64,000 bases of DNA from an uncultured Spirochaetota bacterium (lineage in GTDB: Bacteria > Spirochaetota > Spirochaetia > SZUA-6 > Fen-1364). Made by a program: the position numbers and the translations under genes. The first letter of the stretch is position 1. Every line of letters starts with the position of its first letter. The notes below the pieces were generated by a model that had not been told where the DNA came from, searched no databases, and saw only the letters and a list, made by a program, of their open reading frames with translations. Below, piece after piece: positions 51,261 through 60,420 of this stretch. The stretch spans positions 1 to 64,000 of the forward strand of contig CAVUXE010000058.1 of assembly GCA_963745235.1 (NCBI GenBank), in the 5' to 3' direction.

Positions 51261-51875
51261 ATGCTGGTTCCTGCCGAGGTCTGGACAGTGGCGAAAGCCG
51301 AGCAGGGCAACGCGGTGCTTGTCAGACCCCTCGGTCTGGACGTCGCAGTGCCCATTTTCATAGCGCCCCTGGAGGCGCAGTCCATTCTCATCGGGCTCGG
51401 GAGCGTGAAGATGCCCCGGCCGCTCACGCATGATCTTTTCATCACGGTCCTCGAGAGCCTGGAGTCCTCCGTCAACCGCGTGGAGATTACGGCGCTCAAG
51501 GAAGGCACCTACTACGCGAAGCTGATCCTTGATTCCTCGGGGTCCGAGATCGCCGTGGATGCGCGTCCATCCGACTGCCTTGCCCTGGCGGTCCGCGTCA
51601 AGTGCCCCATCTACATCGATGAGGCCGTGGTGGACGAGGCCGGCATCTCCGTGAAGATGGTTGAAGAGAAGAACAGGGAGCTCAAGCAGGAACAGGGAGC
51701 CGGGGAAACGGCAACGGAAGAAAGCGAGACGCCCACGGTCACCGAGGTGGCACCCCTGGTGCAGGAAGACGAAATGTCGAGCCTCAGAAAGCTCCTTCAG
51801 GCGGCTATTGATGAGGAAAACTACGAGGAAGCGGCTCGCCTGAGAGACAAGATCAGGGAAATAGAAAGCGCCTGA
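51261..51875 (+). CDS. Bifunctional nuclease (DUF151) domain protein with C-terminal UVR motif
   Basis: PIFI...EAQSI, RPLTHDL, DARPSD and EENYEEAARLRDKI motifs. Promoter TTGTCA-17-TATCAT at 51209-51237. Confidence 0.88.
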   Translation: MLVPAEVWTVAKAEQGNAVLVRPLGLDVAVPIFIAPLEAQSILIGLGSVKMPRPLTHDLFITVLESLESSVNRVEITALKEGTYYAKLILDSSGSEIAVDARPSDCLALAVRVKCPIYIDEAVVDEAGISVKMVEEKNRELKQEQGAGETATEESETPTVTEVAPLVQEDEMSSLRKLLQAAIDEENYEEAARLRDKIREIESA

Positions 51876-53412
51876 GTAGCCTGTCGGACTGAGTCGGCAG
51901 CCGAAGCGGCCACCGAGCGTCCACGGCGGGGCATTTTGCGCCCGGTCGGCCCCGTTGTCCGTCGCGAGGCTGTCGGCCTCCCGCGAAAGCCTGTTGGGTG
52001 ATCTTTCCGAGCCCACTTCCTTTCCCTTCAGGCAGTCGAGAGGCTCCAGAGCCGTCTCATGTTGTACGCCAGGCAGACCAGATCCCACTCGATGCGCACC
52101 TTGGCCATGCCGCGAAGCAGAAACTGCCGCAGCCCCATCGCGCTCTTGATGATGCCGAATACCGGCTCGACGCTGGAGGCTCGCCTGCCATAGATGCGCT
52201 TGCCCTCATCAGATGTCACCTTCTCGCGCATGGCGATCAGTCGAGGATCAACGACCTTCTTGGCAGGATGGTTCTTGGGCGGCCGGTAGTCGTAGCGGCG
52301 ATAGTTGTTGTCCTCACTGCTGATCGCCACGTACAGATCCACCTTCTGCTGAACGCGCTCAATTGCCTCGGCGTTCACATAGCCCCCGTCGGCCAGCATC
52401 CCCTGCACGGGTCCGACCGACTCCACCACGTTCTGCAAGGCCACCTCCAGCTGATTCGCGTCGCTGGGGGTGGCAATGACATCGGTGGCCAGGATCAACT
52501 GGCTGCCCTCGGCGTCCACAACCGCCTGCGCGTTGTAGGCCTGTTCGTAGCTGTCGCGGCGGCTCTTGCGCATCAGGGCGCTATCGGGATCGGTGAGGTT
52601 GATCTGCTGAGAGTCCTTCGGCTGCTTCACAGGACTCTCACCCCCCGACTTCGGTCCTTGCGGTTTGTCCTTGTCGTCTTGCTTCTCACCCTCGTCCTTC
52701 GCCCGCTTCTCCAGTTCCTCGCGAGCCCAGCGCATCTTTTCCAAAAGCGCTTCGCGTCGTGCTATCTCCGGGGGGAGCTTCTGTCCATCCTCAGCAGGCT
52801 CCGCATCTGCTTTTGCCGCGCGTTGCAACAACTCCTCTATGTCCTTGCGCAATTGCTCTTCCAGTTGCCCTGCCCGATCATAGCGCACACTCTTGTGCTT
52901 GGAGGCGTTCGCTTTGATGTGCGTCCCGTCCACGCTGACCATCCCCACCTTCACCAGACCCATTTGCCGCCCCAGGCGTAGAACCTCAACAAATGCTTCC
53001 TTGACGACCTTCCCGTTCTCTCGACGAAACTCGCAGATGGTGTCGTGATCCGGATGGGTGTCCCCGCTCAGGTAGCGAACCGCTACGTCACGATAGGTCG
53101 CCCGCTCGATTCTCCGCGAGGCGAAGACTCCGTTGCAGTAGCAATAGATCAGCAACGCCAGCATCATTCGGGGTGGATATTGCTTGCTGCCGCTGCCGCG
53201 GGTGTTCACCGACATGGTGGAGAGCCTCATCGAATCCACCGCGCCGATCACGAAGTGCACCAAATCGTTCTCGGGGACCCACTGACGAAGATCCACAGGA
53301 AGGAGCATCGGCGTGTCCCGATCCACGTTCACCAGCCGCTCTGCCATGCCTTCAATTTACCATGCCCCGCGGATTTCCGGAATACCCGACGACGAAAGTC
53401 CGACAGGCTACT
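51875..53412 (-). mobile_element. IS1182-family insertion sequence
   Basis: Perfect 16-bp IR AGTAGCCTGTCGGACT (51875-51890) / AGTCCGACAGGCTACT (53397-53412). Exact termini uncertain by a few bp, possible TA duplication. Confidence 0.85.
52028..53347 (-). CDS. IS1182-family transposase
   Basis: YPPRMML, PDHDTI, VDGTHIKANAS, NLTDPDS, YNAQ, ADGGY and VEPVFG motifs. Confidence 0.92.
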   Translation of the reverse strand: MAERLVNVDRDTPMLLPVDLRQWVPENDLVHFVIGAVDSMRLSTMSVNTRGSGSKQYPPRMMLALLIYCYCNGVFASRRIERATYRDVAVRYLSGDTHPDHDTICEFRRENGKVVKEAFVEVLRLGRQMGLVKVGMVSVDGTHIKANASKHKSVRYDRAGQLEEQLRKDIEELLQRAAKADAEPAEDGQKLPPEIARREALLEKMRWAREELEKRAKDEGEKQDDKDKPQGPKSGGESPVKQPKDSQQINLTDPDSALMRKSRRDSYEQAYNAQAVVDAEGSQLILATDVIATPSDANQLEVALQNVVESVGPVQGMLADGGYVNAEAIERVQQKVDLYVAISSEDNNYRRYDYRPPKNHPAKKVVDPRLIAMREKVTSDEGKRIYGRRASSVEPVFGIIKSAMGLRQFLLRGMAKVRIEWDLVCLAYNMRRLWSLSTA

Positions 53413-53425
53413 ACTATGATGCGCG

Positions 53426-54523
53426 TCAAGCCGCCTCTTGGTTTCCCCCTTTCTTGATTTCCTTCGCATAGTCTCCGAGCTTCTTCTCATAGAGCCTCGG
53501 ATCAATCCAGCGGTATAACTCGCGAGACAAGAGCATTCGGCGCATTATGGAGAAGGTCTTGCGCAGTAGAGCGATCCGCGCGCGCCCGTACCCTTTACGG
53601 TCAACCAACTCGCGGTAGAAACGAGCCAGCACAGGAGAGGAGTCCACGAGGTGGATCACCGTCTGGGTGAAGAGGCTGCGGGTTAGTCCTCGGCTACGTC
53701 GGTTGATCGCCCCGTTGTGTGTTACCCCGCCACTGGAGCGCACTGTAGGTACCACCCCCAAGTAGGAGTGTAGCCGCCGGGCGCTCCTGAACCTTGTGAT
53801 GTCTCCCACCTCCGAGAGGAAGGCCAAGGCCAACAAAGGGGTTACTCCGCGGATGCTGATGAGCAGCTTCACTTCGGCCTCAAACGGCCTGCCTGCCTGG
53901 TAGATCGCGCGTTTGAGATTTTCCTTCTGGTCCTGCAAGCTTGCCAGAAGTGCCAGGCTGGTTTTGATGCAGACACGACTTGCCGCGGAGAGCTCTACCG
54001 TCTTCAGAAGCTCCTCTGTTCCAGTAGGATTGTCCACAAGACGGTTTCCCAGTACTCGATCCCTTATCCCGTTGTCTAATAGAACCCCGTGAATCTCGTT
54101 CTTCAATTGACGGATCTGTTTGTTCAACAACTCGTACAGTCCGAAGTACCTTCTCAACTCCCGCACCACTGGTCCCGGCTGCCACACCTCCGGCAGCTTC
54201 ATCTCTCCGCTGCGTGAGGCCAGCCACAACGCCAAGGACAGATTGGCCGCGTCCCGTTTGTCCGTCTTTTGCCAAGAGTCGCGGATGATACGGAAGCGGT
54301 AGGCGTCGATCACCGCGCAGCTCGCTCCCTGGTTCTGAATCTTCTCCGCCCAGTACAGCGCTCCGGCAGAGGCTTCCAGCACAACCGCGTCCTCGTTGCC
54401 CAGGCTCGCGACGTAGCCCTTGATATCCACCTGGGTCCGCACAAAACTCTCCTCCGTTCCTCCCTCGTCCCGTACGGAAATCGTTGCGTACTTCTTGTGC
54501 AGATCCACCCCGTAATACCTCAT
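53426..54523 (-). CDS. IS110-family DEDD recombinase/transposase
   Basis: GVDLHK, VLEAS, KTDKRDA, IGDITRF-like VGDITRF and GVVPTVRSSGG motifs. GGAGGG RBS. Confidence 0.92.
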   Translation of the reverse strand: MRYYGVDLHKKYATISVRDEGGTEESFVRTQVDIKGYVASLGNEDAVVLEASAGALYWAEKIQNQGASCAVIDAYRFRIIRDSWQKTDKRDAANLSLALWLASRSGEMKLPEVWQPGPVVRELRRYFGLYELLNKQIRQLKNEIHGVLLDNGIRDRVLGNRLVDNPTGTEELLKTVELSAASRVCIKTSLALLASLQDQKENLKRAIYQAGRPFEAEVKLLISIRGVTPLLALAFLSEVGDITRFRSARRLHSYLGVVPTVRSSGGVTHNGAINRRSRGLTRSLFTQTVIHLVDSSPVLARFYRELVDRKGYGRARIALLRKTFSIMRRMLLSRELYRWIDPRLYEKKLGDYAKEIKKGGNQEAA

Positions 54524-54564
54524 GTCCCCCTCCCTTCTCGAAACCCTCAGGGTCCAAACGAGGA

Positions 54565-54800
54565 GACTTCCTGGAAGGCGCTGGTAACTCCATCCTACTA
54601 TCCAGCATCGCCAGTGGCGTGCTATTTTGTCGGTACGGAACGGCGGTGGGTGGCCTGCCAAACTCTTAGTCGTGGTCGCCGCTCGGGTGCCACAAGCCTA
54701 TAGAAGGCCATCTACCGTCCTCCTCTTGGGTCCCGGGTCTTCGAGGAATTCAGTATACAGCCACCAACCACTTGATCATCAACGCCTTCCGGGAACTGCA
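54565..54800 (-). ncRNA. Candidate IS110 bridge/seek RNA
   Basis: Non-coding leader between the junction promoter and the recombinase, closed by a 16-bp stem (54780-54795 with 54568-54583). Boundaries approximate. Confidence 0.6.
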
Positions 54801-54819
54801 AGGCGCATCATAACAACTC

Positions 54820-55519
54820 CTAGTCCGGGCCGATGGTCGTTCCGACGTACGCTCCGCCGGTCAGTATCCGCTCGAGGTTCGCCAGGTCCCTTCCTTCCGC
54901 AAAGACCACGGGGATGCGGGATTCAGCGGCGGCGCGGGCCGCCGTGGCGTCAAACGGCGTGTTTTTCCCCGGCGTCCAATCCCCGCCGACGATCCCCAGC
55001 ATCTCTTTCCACGTCAGTCGCTCCAGCGCGCGGGCGTCCGGATCGAGTACGGGGGTCCTCGGAATAGACCATCGCGATGTTCGACAGGTTGACGACGAGC
55101 GAGGCGGAGAACCTCTGGGCAAGGACCACGGCGTCGTTGTCCGTCGAAAAACCCGGCTTCCAGCCCGCTGCAACCATCACCCTGCCGGCAAACACGGCGG
55201 CCGCCGTGGGGTCCGTGACCAGATTCTCCACGCACCAGGGGCGCAGGATGCGGCGCACCAGCTCGCCGTTCAGCCGTGTGGCGGCTATCCCCACCCAGTC
55301 CTGGTCCTCGCTGCTCGCGGCCGGAGCCACTTCACGCAGCGCTGCCTGGTATTCGCGCGCGAGGCTTCCTCCGCCGCAGACGATGATCAGCTTGCGGTCC
55401 TGGTCCCCCGCAAGGTAGCTTTCCACCAGGCGCGCAAAGCCGTCGAGGTAGGAGATGTCCAGCCCGTGCGGCGCGATGATGGATCCGCCCAGGGAAATGA
55501 CGGTGACATTCGGCATCAT
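54820..55519 (-). CDS. pyrH: UMP kinase (archaeal/spirochaetal type), frameshift near 55053
   Basis: ISLGGS, CGGGSLAREYQ, GIAATRLN, GWKPGFSTD and WTPGKNTPFD motifs. Confidence 0.88.
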
Positions 55520-55525
55520 GGGTGA

Positions 55526-55576
55526 ACTATAGCAGAGGACCCTGCCCTTGCAAAATAAGGGCTGGGAGTCTATATC
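55526..55576. promoter_or_regulatory. Back-to-back promoters for pyrH and serA sharing palindromic TTGCAA
   Basis: TTGCAA at 55548-55553. Plus-strand -10 TATATC at 55571-55576. Minus-strand -10 TGcTATAGT at 55531-55526. Confidence 0.5.
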
Positions 55577-55582
55577 TGCATC

Positions 55583-56539
55583 ATGGAAAAGATGAAAGTC
55601 TTCATTGCGGATTCGATTGCGAAAGAAGGGATGGCGGAGTTCGCCCGCTACCCGGAGCTGGAGCTGGTGGTGAAAACCGGATTGTCCCCGGAGAAGCTCG
55701 CCGCGGAGCTCGGAGACTGCGTCGGGCTGGTGGTGCGCTCGGCCACGCAGGCTTCGCGGGACGTCATCTGCGCAGGCAAGAGCCTCAAGGTCATTGGCCG
55801 GGCCGGCGCCGGGGTGGACAACATCGACGTCACGGCAGCCTCTGAACGGAGCATCGTCGTTCTGAACACCCCCGGCGGAAACGCGGAAGCAGCCGGAGAG
55901 CTTGCCGTCGCCATGATGTTCTGTCTTGCGCGCGAGATCGCGCGGGCCGACGCGTCCATGAAGGCGGGGACGTGGGACAAGAAGAGCTTCAGCGGGTGCG
56001 AGCTCCTGGGAAAGACGCTCGGGCTCATAGGAATCGGCAACGTCGGACGCATCGTCGGCACGCGGGCCCTTGGCCTGGGAATGAAGGTCATGGCCTATGA
56101 CCCGTTCGTGAGCGCGGACAAGACAAAGGCCCTCGGATTTGCGCCGGCGGGATTCGATGAGGTCATCCGGGCGGCGGACTTCATTTCTGTTCATGCCCCC
56201 AGGACTCCGGAAACGAAAGGGATCCTGAACGCGGCGACCTTCGCAAAAATGAAGAAGGGCGTGTACATCCTCAACTGCGCGCGCGGCGGAATCGTCGTGG
56301 AGAAGGACCTGCTTGCCGCCCTGGAGGACGGGACGGTGAAGGGCGCTGGAATAGACGTGCACGAGAAAGAGCCTCCGGATGACTGGAGCCTGGCGCGGCA
56401 CCCCCGCGTGCTGGCAACGCCGCACATCGGGGCTTCGACCGCCGAGGCTCAGGTCAATGTCTCCGTGATGATCGCGAAGCAGATCGCCGCGTACCTCATC
56501 AAGGGTGAGGTCATCAACGCCGTCAACGGGGTGGCATAG
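55583..56539 (+). CDS. serA: D-3-phosphoglycerate dehydrogenase-like protein (short form, no ACT domain)
   Basis: GRAGAGVDNID, GIGNVG, NCARGG and TPHIGASTAEAQ motifs. Confidence 0.75.
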   Translation: MEKMKVFIADSIAKEGMAEFARYPELELVVKTGLSPEKLAAELGDCVGLVVRSATQASRDVICAGKSLKVIGRAGAGVDNIDVTAASERSIVVLNTPGGNAEAAGELAVAMMFCLAREIARADASMKAGTWDKKSFSGCELLGKTLGLIGIGNVGRIVGTRALGLGMKVMAYDPFVSADKTKALGFAPAGFDEVIRAADFISVHAPRTPETKGILNAATFAKMKKGVYILNCARGGIVVEKDLLAALEDGTVKGAGIDVHEKEPPDDWSLARHPRVLATPHIGASTAEAQVNVSVMIAKQIAAYLIKGEVINAVNGVA

Positions 56540-56619
56540 GCGCGTTCCCGCGAGCTTCGGACCCCGGAGATATTGCCGAATCGCCGGTACGGGGGTACAT
56601 TGCGACAGGGAGCGGGAAT

Positions 56620-57390
56620 ATGAGCTCTGACATAACTGACCTCCTTCGGGACTGGGAGTTCGACTCAGACAATCAGATCCGGATCATCCAGGCGGACGAT
56701 GGCAGACAGGTGCTACAGGTGCGCCAGCCCATGGGGATCGAGCAGTATGAGCTGGACGGACGGCCTGACGGCAAACGGCCCCTGGGTCGCGAGAGCATGG
56801 TGGAGGAGTACCAGGCGCGGCTGGAGAACTACCGGTCTGCCCACGGAACCGATGACGGCTTCGCGATAACGCACGACGATTTCGCCAATCTTCAGGGGGA
56901 AGGAGTTCTGTACTACTTCCGCTATCTCGTCCTGTTCCAGATCGGTGACTTCGTGCGGACGGCCCGGGACACGGAGCACAATCTCAACCTTTTCACCCTC
57001 GTGGAGAAGTACGGGGCGAATGACGAGGACCGAAAGGACCTGCTCCAGTACAAGCCCTACGTCGTGCGCATGAACGCAATAGCCCGGGCCATGATCTCCC
57101 TTCACAAGGAAATGAAGGATGCGGCGGAGGACATCCTCACAAACGCCATCAGCGCCATCGAAGGGATGAACGAGATCGACACGCCGGCGTTCCAGTTCGA
57201 ACGTGTGAGGTCGCTCAACTACCTCAAGGCGACACTGAAGCAGATCCATGAAAAGAAGGAGACGCCCCTGGACGCGCTGAAGAATGAGCTCTCCGCGGCC
57301 ATCGAGGAGGAAGACTACGAGAAGGCGGCTGTGATCAGGGACCAGATCCGCCAGGCAGAAGAAGACCCCGCCGCCGATTCTGCGGAATAA
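56620..57390 (+). CDS. UvrB/UvrC (UVR) motif-containing protein
   Basis: LQVRQPMGIEQYELDGRPDG and C-terminal EEEDYEKAAVIRDQI. Promoter TTGCCG-17-TACATT at 56573-56601. Confidence 0.75.
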   Translation: MSSDITDLLRDWEFDSDNQIRIIQADDGRQVLQVRQPMGIEQYELDGRPDGKRPLGRESMVEEYQARLENYRSAHGTDDGFAITHDDFANLQGEGVLYYFRYLVLFQIGDFVRTARDTEHNLNLFTLVEKYGANDEDRKDLLQYKPYVVRMNAIARAMISLHKEMKDAAEDILTNAISAIEGMNEIDTPAFQFERVRSLNYLKATLKQIHEKKETPLDALKNELSAAIEEEDYEKAAVIRDQIRQAEEDPAADSAE

Positions 57391-57455
57391 CGTCTTTCCG
57401 TCGCATCTTGTTCCTTCGCGCTCACGCTGGTATCCTCATGGCAAGGCACGCACAG

Positions 57456-57803
57456 ATGATCAGGAAAAAAGCAGAGATGGAGAGAGAGGTGCGCGAGCGC
57501 ATGCGCGACGGCACGGGGGTCGTGGAGATCCTCCATGTATTCCGGCAGAAGGAGCTGCATGGAAAGGTCCGACTCCTGGCGCGCATGCGCCTCGTGAAGG
57601 GCAGCTCGATCGGGTACCACCTCCATGAAGGGGAGGAAGAGATTTTCTACATCCTATCCGGGACCGGCCAGGTGACAGAAGGAAGCACCACCTCCACTGT
57701 CGGGCCGGGAGACGCGGTCCTCACCGCAAGCGGCGGTGGACATTCCATCGAAAACCTGGGTGAGGAACCCCTGGATTTCCTCGCAACCATACTGCTGTAT
57801 TGA
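57456..57803 (+). CDS. Cupin domain protein
   Basis: SIGYHLHEGEEEIFYILSG and GHSIEN motifs. Start may be 57438. Confidence 0.85.
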   Translation: MIRKKAEMEREVRERMRDGTGVVEILHVFRQKELHGKVRLLARMRLVKGSSIGYHLHEGEEEIFYILSGTGQVTEGSTTSTVGPGDAVLTASGGGHSIENLGEEPLDFLATILLY

Positions 57804-57814
57804 GACGGTAATCG

Positions 57815-60262
57815 ATGCTCGCCTTTCTTCGCTCCCCCCGGCCGCCGGACAGGCTGGCAAGCTCGTTCCGCTGGCTCGACAGGAAGCTCTTTCCCCGGAC
57901 AGAGGCCCCCGGGTATTCCGCCCGCCACGAGCGTGGCTCGTTTCGGCTGGAGCTTCGCAGGGAGAGCTACTTCGCCTGGGAGACGATGGTGCCCGAGAAG
58001 CAGGTTTCTGACTTCGTCCTGGAGGCGGATCTGGAGGCGGACCCTGCCAACGGGCATTCGGCGCTTGGCGTTGTCCTGCGGCACGTGAACGACGAAAACT
58101 TCTATTTCTTCCTCATCTCTTCCCGCGGGAACTACCGCTTCGACCTGCTCTTCAATAACCATCCCCGGCACCTCGTCGAATGGACCCCTTTGCCGGAAGC
58201 GGACGGCCCGACGAGGAGGCTTTCCGTTGTCGCCCATGGCTCTCATTTCTCTTTTGTCGTGGATGACGAGTGGGTCGGTGAAATCGATGACGAAGTACTT
58301 CCCGCCGGGGGAGTCGGATTCGCGGCCCAGACGTTCCCGGGGACGAAGGAGGGGGTGTTTCGCATAAGGCGGATCGCGTTGAATGCCCACCCCCTGGACG
58401 TGGAGCGGGAGCACCTGCGCTGGACGTACTTCTTCCCCGTGTCGCCGCAGGCCCGCGTCCGGCTGGCCGAGGCCTTTTTCGGCATGGGGAGCTTCAGCGC
58501 GGCGGTTGTCCAGCTTCGACGGGCGCTGAAGGGCAGGGAGGGAACGGCCGCCGAGCACTTCCTGCTCGCGGAGTCCTGCGCCCGGCTGTCTCTCCTGCCC
58601 GAAGCGCTGACGGAGATCGACACGGTGCTTCGGCTGGAACCGGGGCACACGGGTGCTCGCAAGGAGAAGCCAAACCTCCTCTACCTCGAGAACCGACTGC
58701 TGGAAGCCCGTGACGAGATGAGCGCCCTCCTGGCAGACGGGACAGTGCCTTCCGGACCCGCGGACTGGAACCTGCTCGGGAACGCTGAATACGGCCTGGG
58801 CAACTGGGCGAAGGCTTCAGAGGCCTATTTGCGGGCCTGCGATGCGCAGCCCGACATGCCTCTTTTCCTCGGAAACGCCGCGCGCAGCCGGGAAAAAGAA
58901 GGACGCATGGAGGAGGCCAGAGACCTGTACCTGAGGGCCGCGCGCGTCCTGTTCGCCGAAGAGACGTTCGACGAGCTGTCCCTGCTTCTGCCTCGACTCC
59001 ACGCCCTGGATCCCGGCAACCCGGAGGTCCGCTCCCTCGAGGCGAGGATGCTCTACCGGGAGGGAAAGACAGAGGACGCATACGCCATCCTCGGCGCGCT
59101 CGCTGAGGAGGGGAAGGCTGACGGCACGGCCAGCTATCTCCTGGGCATCATCCTCAGCGCAAAAGGCCGCCGGGAAGAGGCGCTCCCTCACCTGGAGCGC
59201 GCGGCGCGGGCGGAACCCTCATTCCCCCTGTACCAGTTTCGGCTGGCGGAGACCCTTCACATGCTGGGCCGGGACCCGGGGTCCGTCCTGGAGACGGCCC
59301 TCACTCTCGCTCCGAACGACCCCTGGACAAACAACCTCGCGGGAATGATCAGGCTCGAAGGGAAAGACCTGGATGGTGCCGTGGAGTTTCTGAGCAAGGC
59401 GCACGCGGAGGCGCCTGCCGAGGTTGACATCTCCATGAATCTTTCCGAGGCGTTGTCCCGCGGGGACCGGCACGAGCAGGCTCTTGCCGTCCTGGACGAG
59501 CTGGATCGCGCTGTCGGCCCCAGCGCAGCCGTGGCCAACCAGAAAGGGAACGTTCGCGGCCGCATGGGTGATCACGCGGCGGCGGTGATGGAATACGAGA
59601 GCGCGCTCCGCCTCGACCCGCAGAACCCGGTCTACAAGGAGAACTGCGCGGCTGCATGCATCGAGATCGACATGGTCCACAGGGCGGAGGAGCTGCTGGG
59701 CCAGGTGGAGGAGGAGCACCCCTCCGCGTCCGTCTACAACCTGCTGGGCAACGTCGCGGTCCTGAAGGGAGAGCTCATTCGCGCGGAGATGGCGTACGCC
59801 GCCGGCCTCCGCATCCAGCCGCGCAACCCCGACCTCCAGGTCAACCTCGCCATGCTGCACCTGCAGAAGAACGAGTATGGGAAGGCGAAGGAGATACTCC
59901 AGGGCGTGCTTGCGTCGACTCCCGGTCACCCTCGCGCGGCGCGCGTGCTGGACAGAGCGCGCGCTCAGCGGGAGACGCTCATCTCCTGCGCTCAATGCGG
60001 CCGGCAGTGGTGGGCGCCGAAAGACCTGCCATCCCAGCCGGGGTTGAAGATTCGAGGCGAGCCTCCCGGGGATGCCCCCGCGGGCCGCTGTCCCACCTGC
60101 GGCAGGGTCTCCTGCGTCGCGTGCGCCTCAGCCCACATCAGGGACATGCACTTTTTCTGCGAATACTGCGGAGAGAACCTGAAGCTCTCGGAAGATTCCC
60201 TCAAATGGCTCCTTGCGCGGGCAATCGAAGCTGCGCCCGTACCCGGGGAAGGGGATGGATAA
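57815..60262 (+). CDS. TPR-repeat protein with N-terminal beta-sandwich and C-terminal 8-Cys zinc finger
   Basis: Multiple TPRs (WNLLGNAEYGLG, YNLLGNV). CAQC, CPTC, CVAC and CEYC at the C-terminus. Confidence 0.8.
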   Translation: MLAFLRSPRPPDRLASSFRWLDRKLFPRTEAPGYSARHERGSFRLELRRESYFAWETMVPEKQVSDFVLEADLEADPANGHSALGVVLRHVNDENFYFFLISSRGNYRFDLLFNNHPRHLVEWTPLPEADGPTRRLSVVAHGSHFSFVVDDEWVGEIDDEVLPAGGVGFAAQTFPGTKEGVFRIRRIALNAHPLDVEREHLRWTYFFPVSPQARVRLAEAFFGMGSFSAAVVQLRRALKGREGTAAEHFLLAESCARLSLLPEALTEIDTVLRLEPGHTGARKEKPNLLYLENRLLEARDEMSALLADGTVPSGPADWNLLGNAEYGLGNWAKASEAYLRACDAQPDMPLFLGNAARSREKEGRMEEARDLYLRAARVLFAEETFDELSLLLPRLHALDPGNPEVRSLEARMLYREGKTEDAYAILGALAEEGKADGTASYLLGIILSAKGRREEALPHLERAARAEPSFPLYQFRLAETLHMLGRDPGSVLETALTLAPNDPWTNNLAGMIRLEGKDLDGAVEFLSKAHAEAPAEVDISMNLSEALSRGDRHEQALAVLDELDRAVGPSAAVANQKGNVRGRMGDHAAAVMEYESALRLDPQNPVYKENCAAACIEIDMVHRAEELLGQVEEEHPSASVYNLLGNVAVLKGELIRAEMAYAAGLRIQPRNPDLQVNLAMLHLQKNEYGKAKEILQGVLASTPGHPRAARVLDRARAQRETLISCAQCGRQWWAPKDLPSQPGLKIRGEPPGDAPAGRCPTCGRVSCVACASAHIRDMHFFCEYCGENLKLSEDSLKWLLARAIEAAPVPGEGDG

Positions 60263-60420
60263 CCAGTGCACGGCCTCGAAGCGGCCTCCCTCCCGCACAT
60301 CCCTGTGCTCGGTCGGCCTCGACATCCTTGTCTACGCTTGACAAACATTGGGCCATCGATAGTATGGTAATAACAGATGAGCGCTCGCTGCGCGCTCGGG
60401 AATCGACAAAAGGGCACTTG

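Larger units (their letters stand above)
53414..54822 (-). mobile_element. IS110-family element inserted at the pyrH stop codon
   Basis: Core TAG (minus strand) at both 54820-54822 and 53414-53416. Subterminal 10-bp IR TATGATGCGC (53415-53424) / GCGCATCATA (54803-54812). Confidence 0.8.

Noticed and set aside
54524-54661. N-terminal extension of the IS110 protein given in the ORF track
   Set aside because: The RBS and family alignment place the start at 54523. The upstream stretch is better explained as the non-coding RNA leader.
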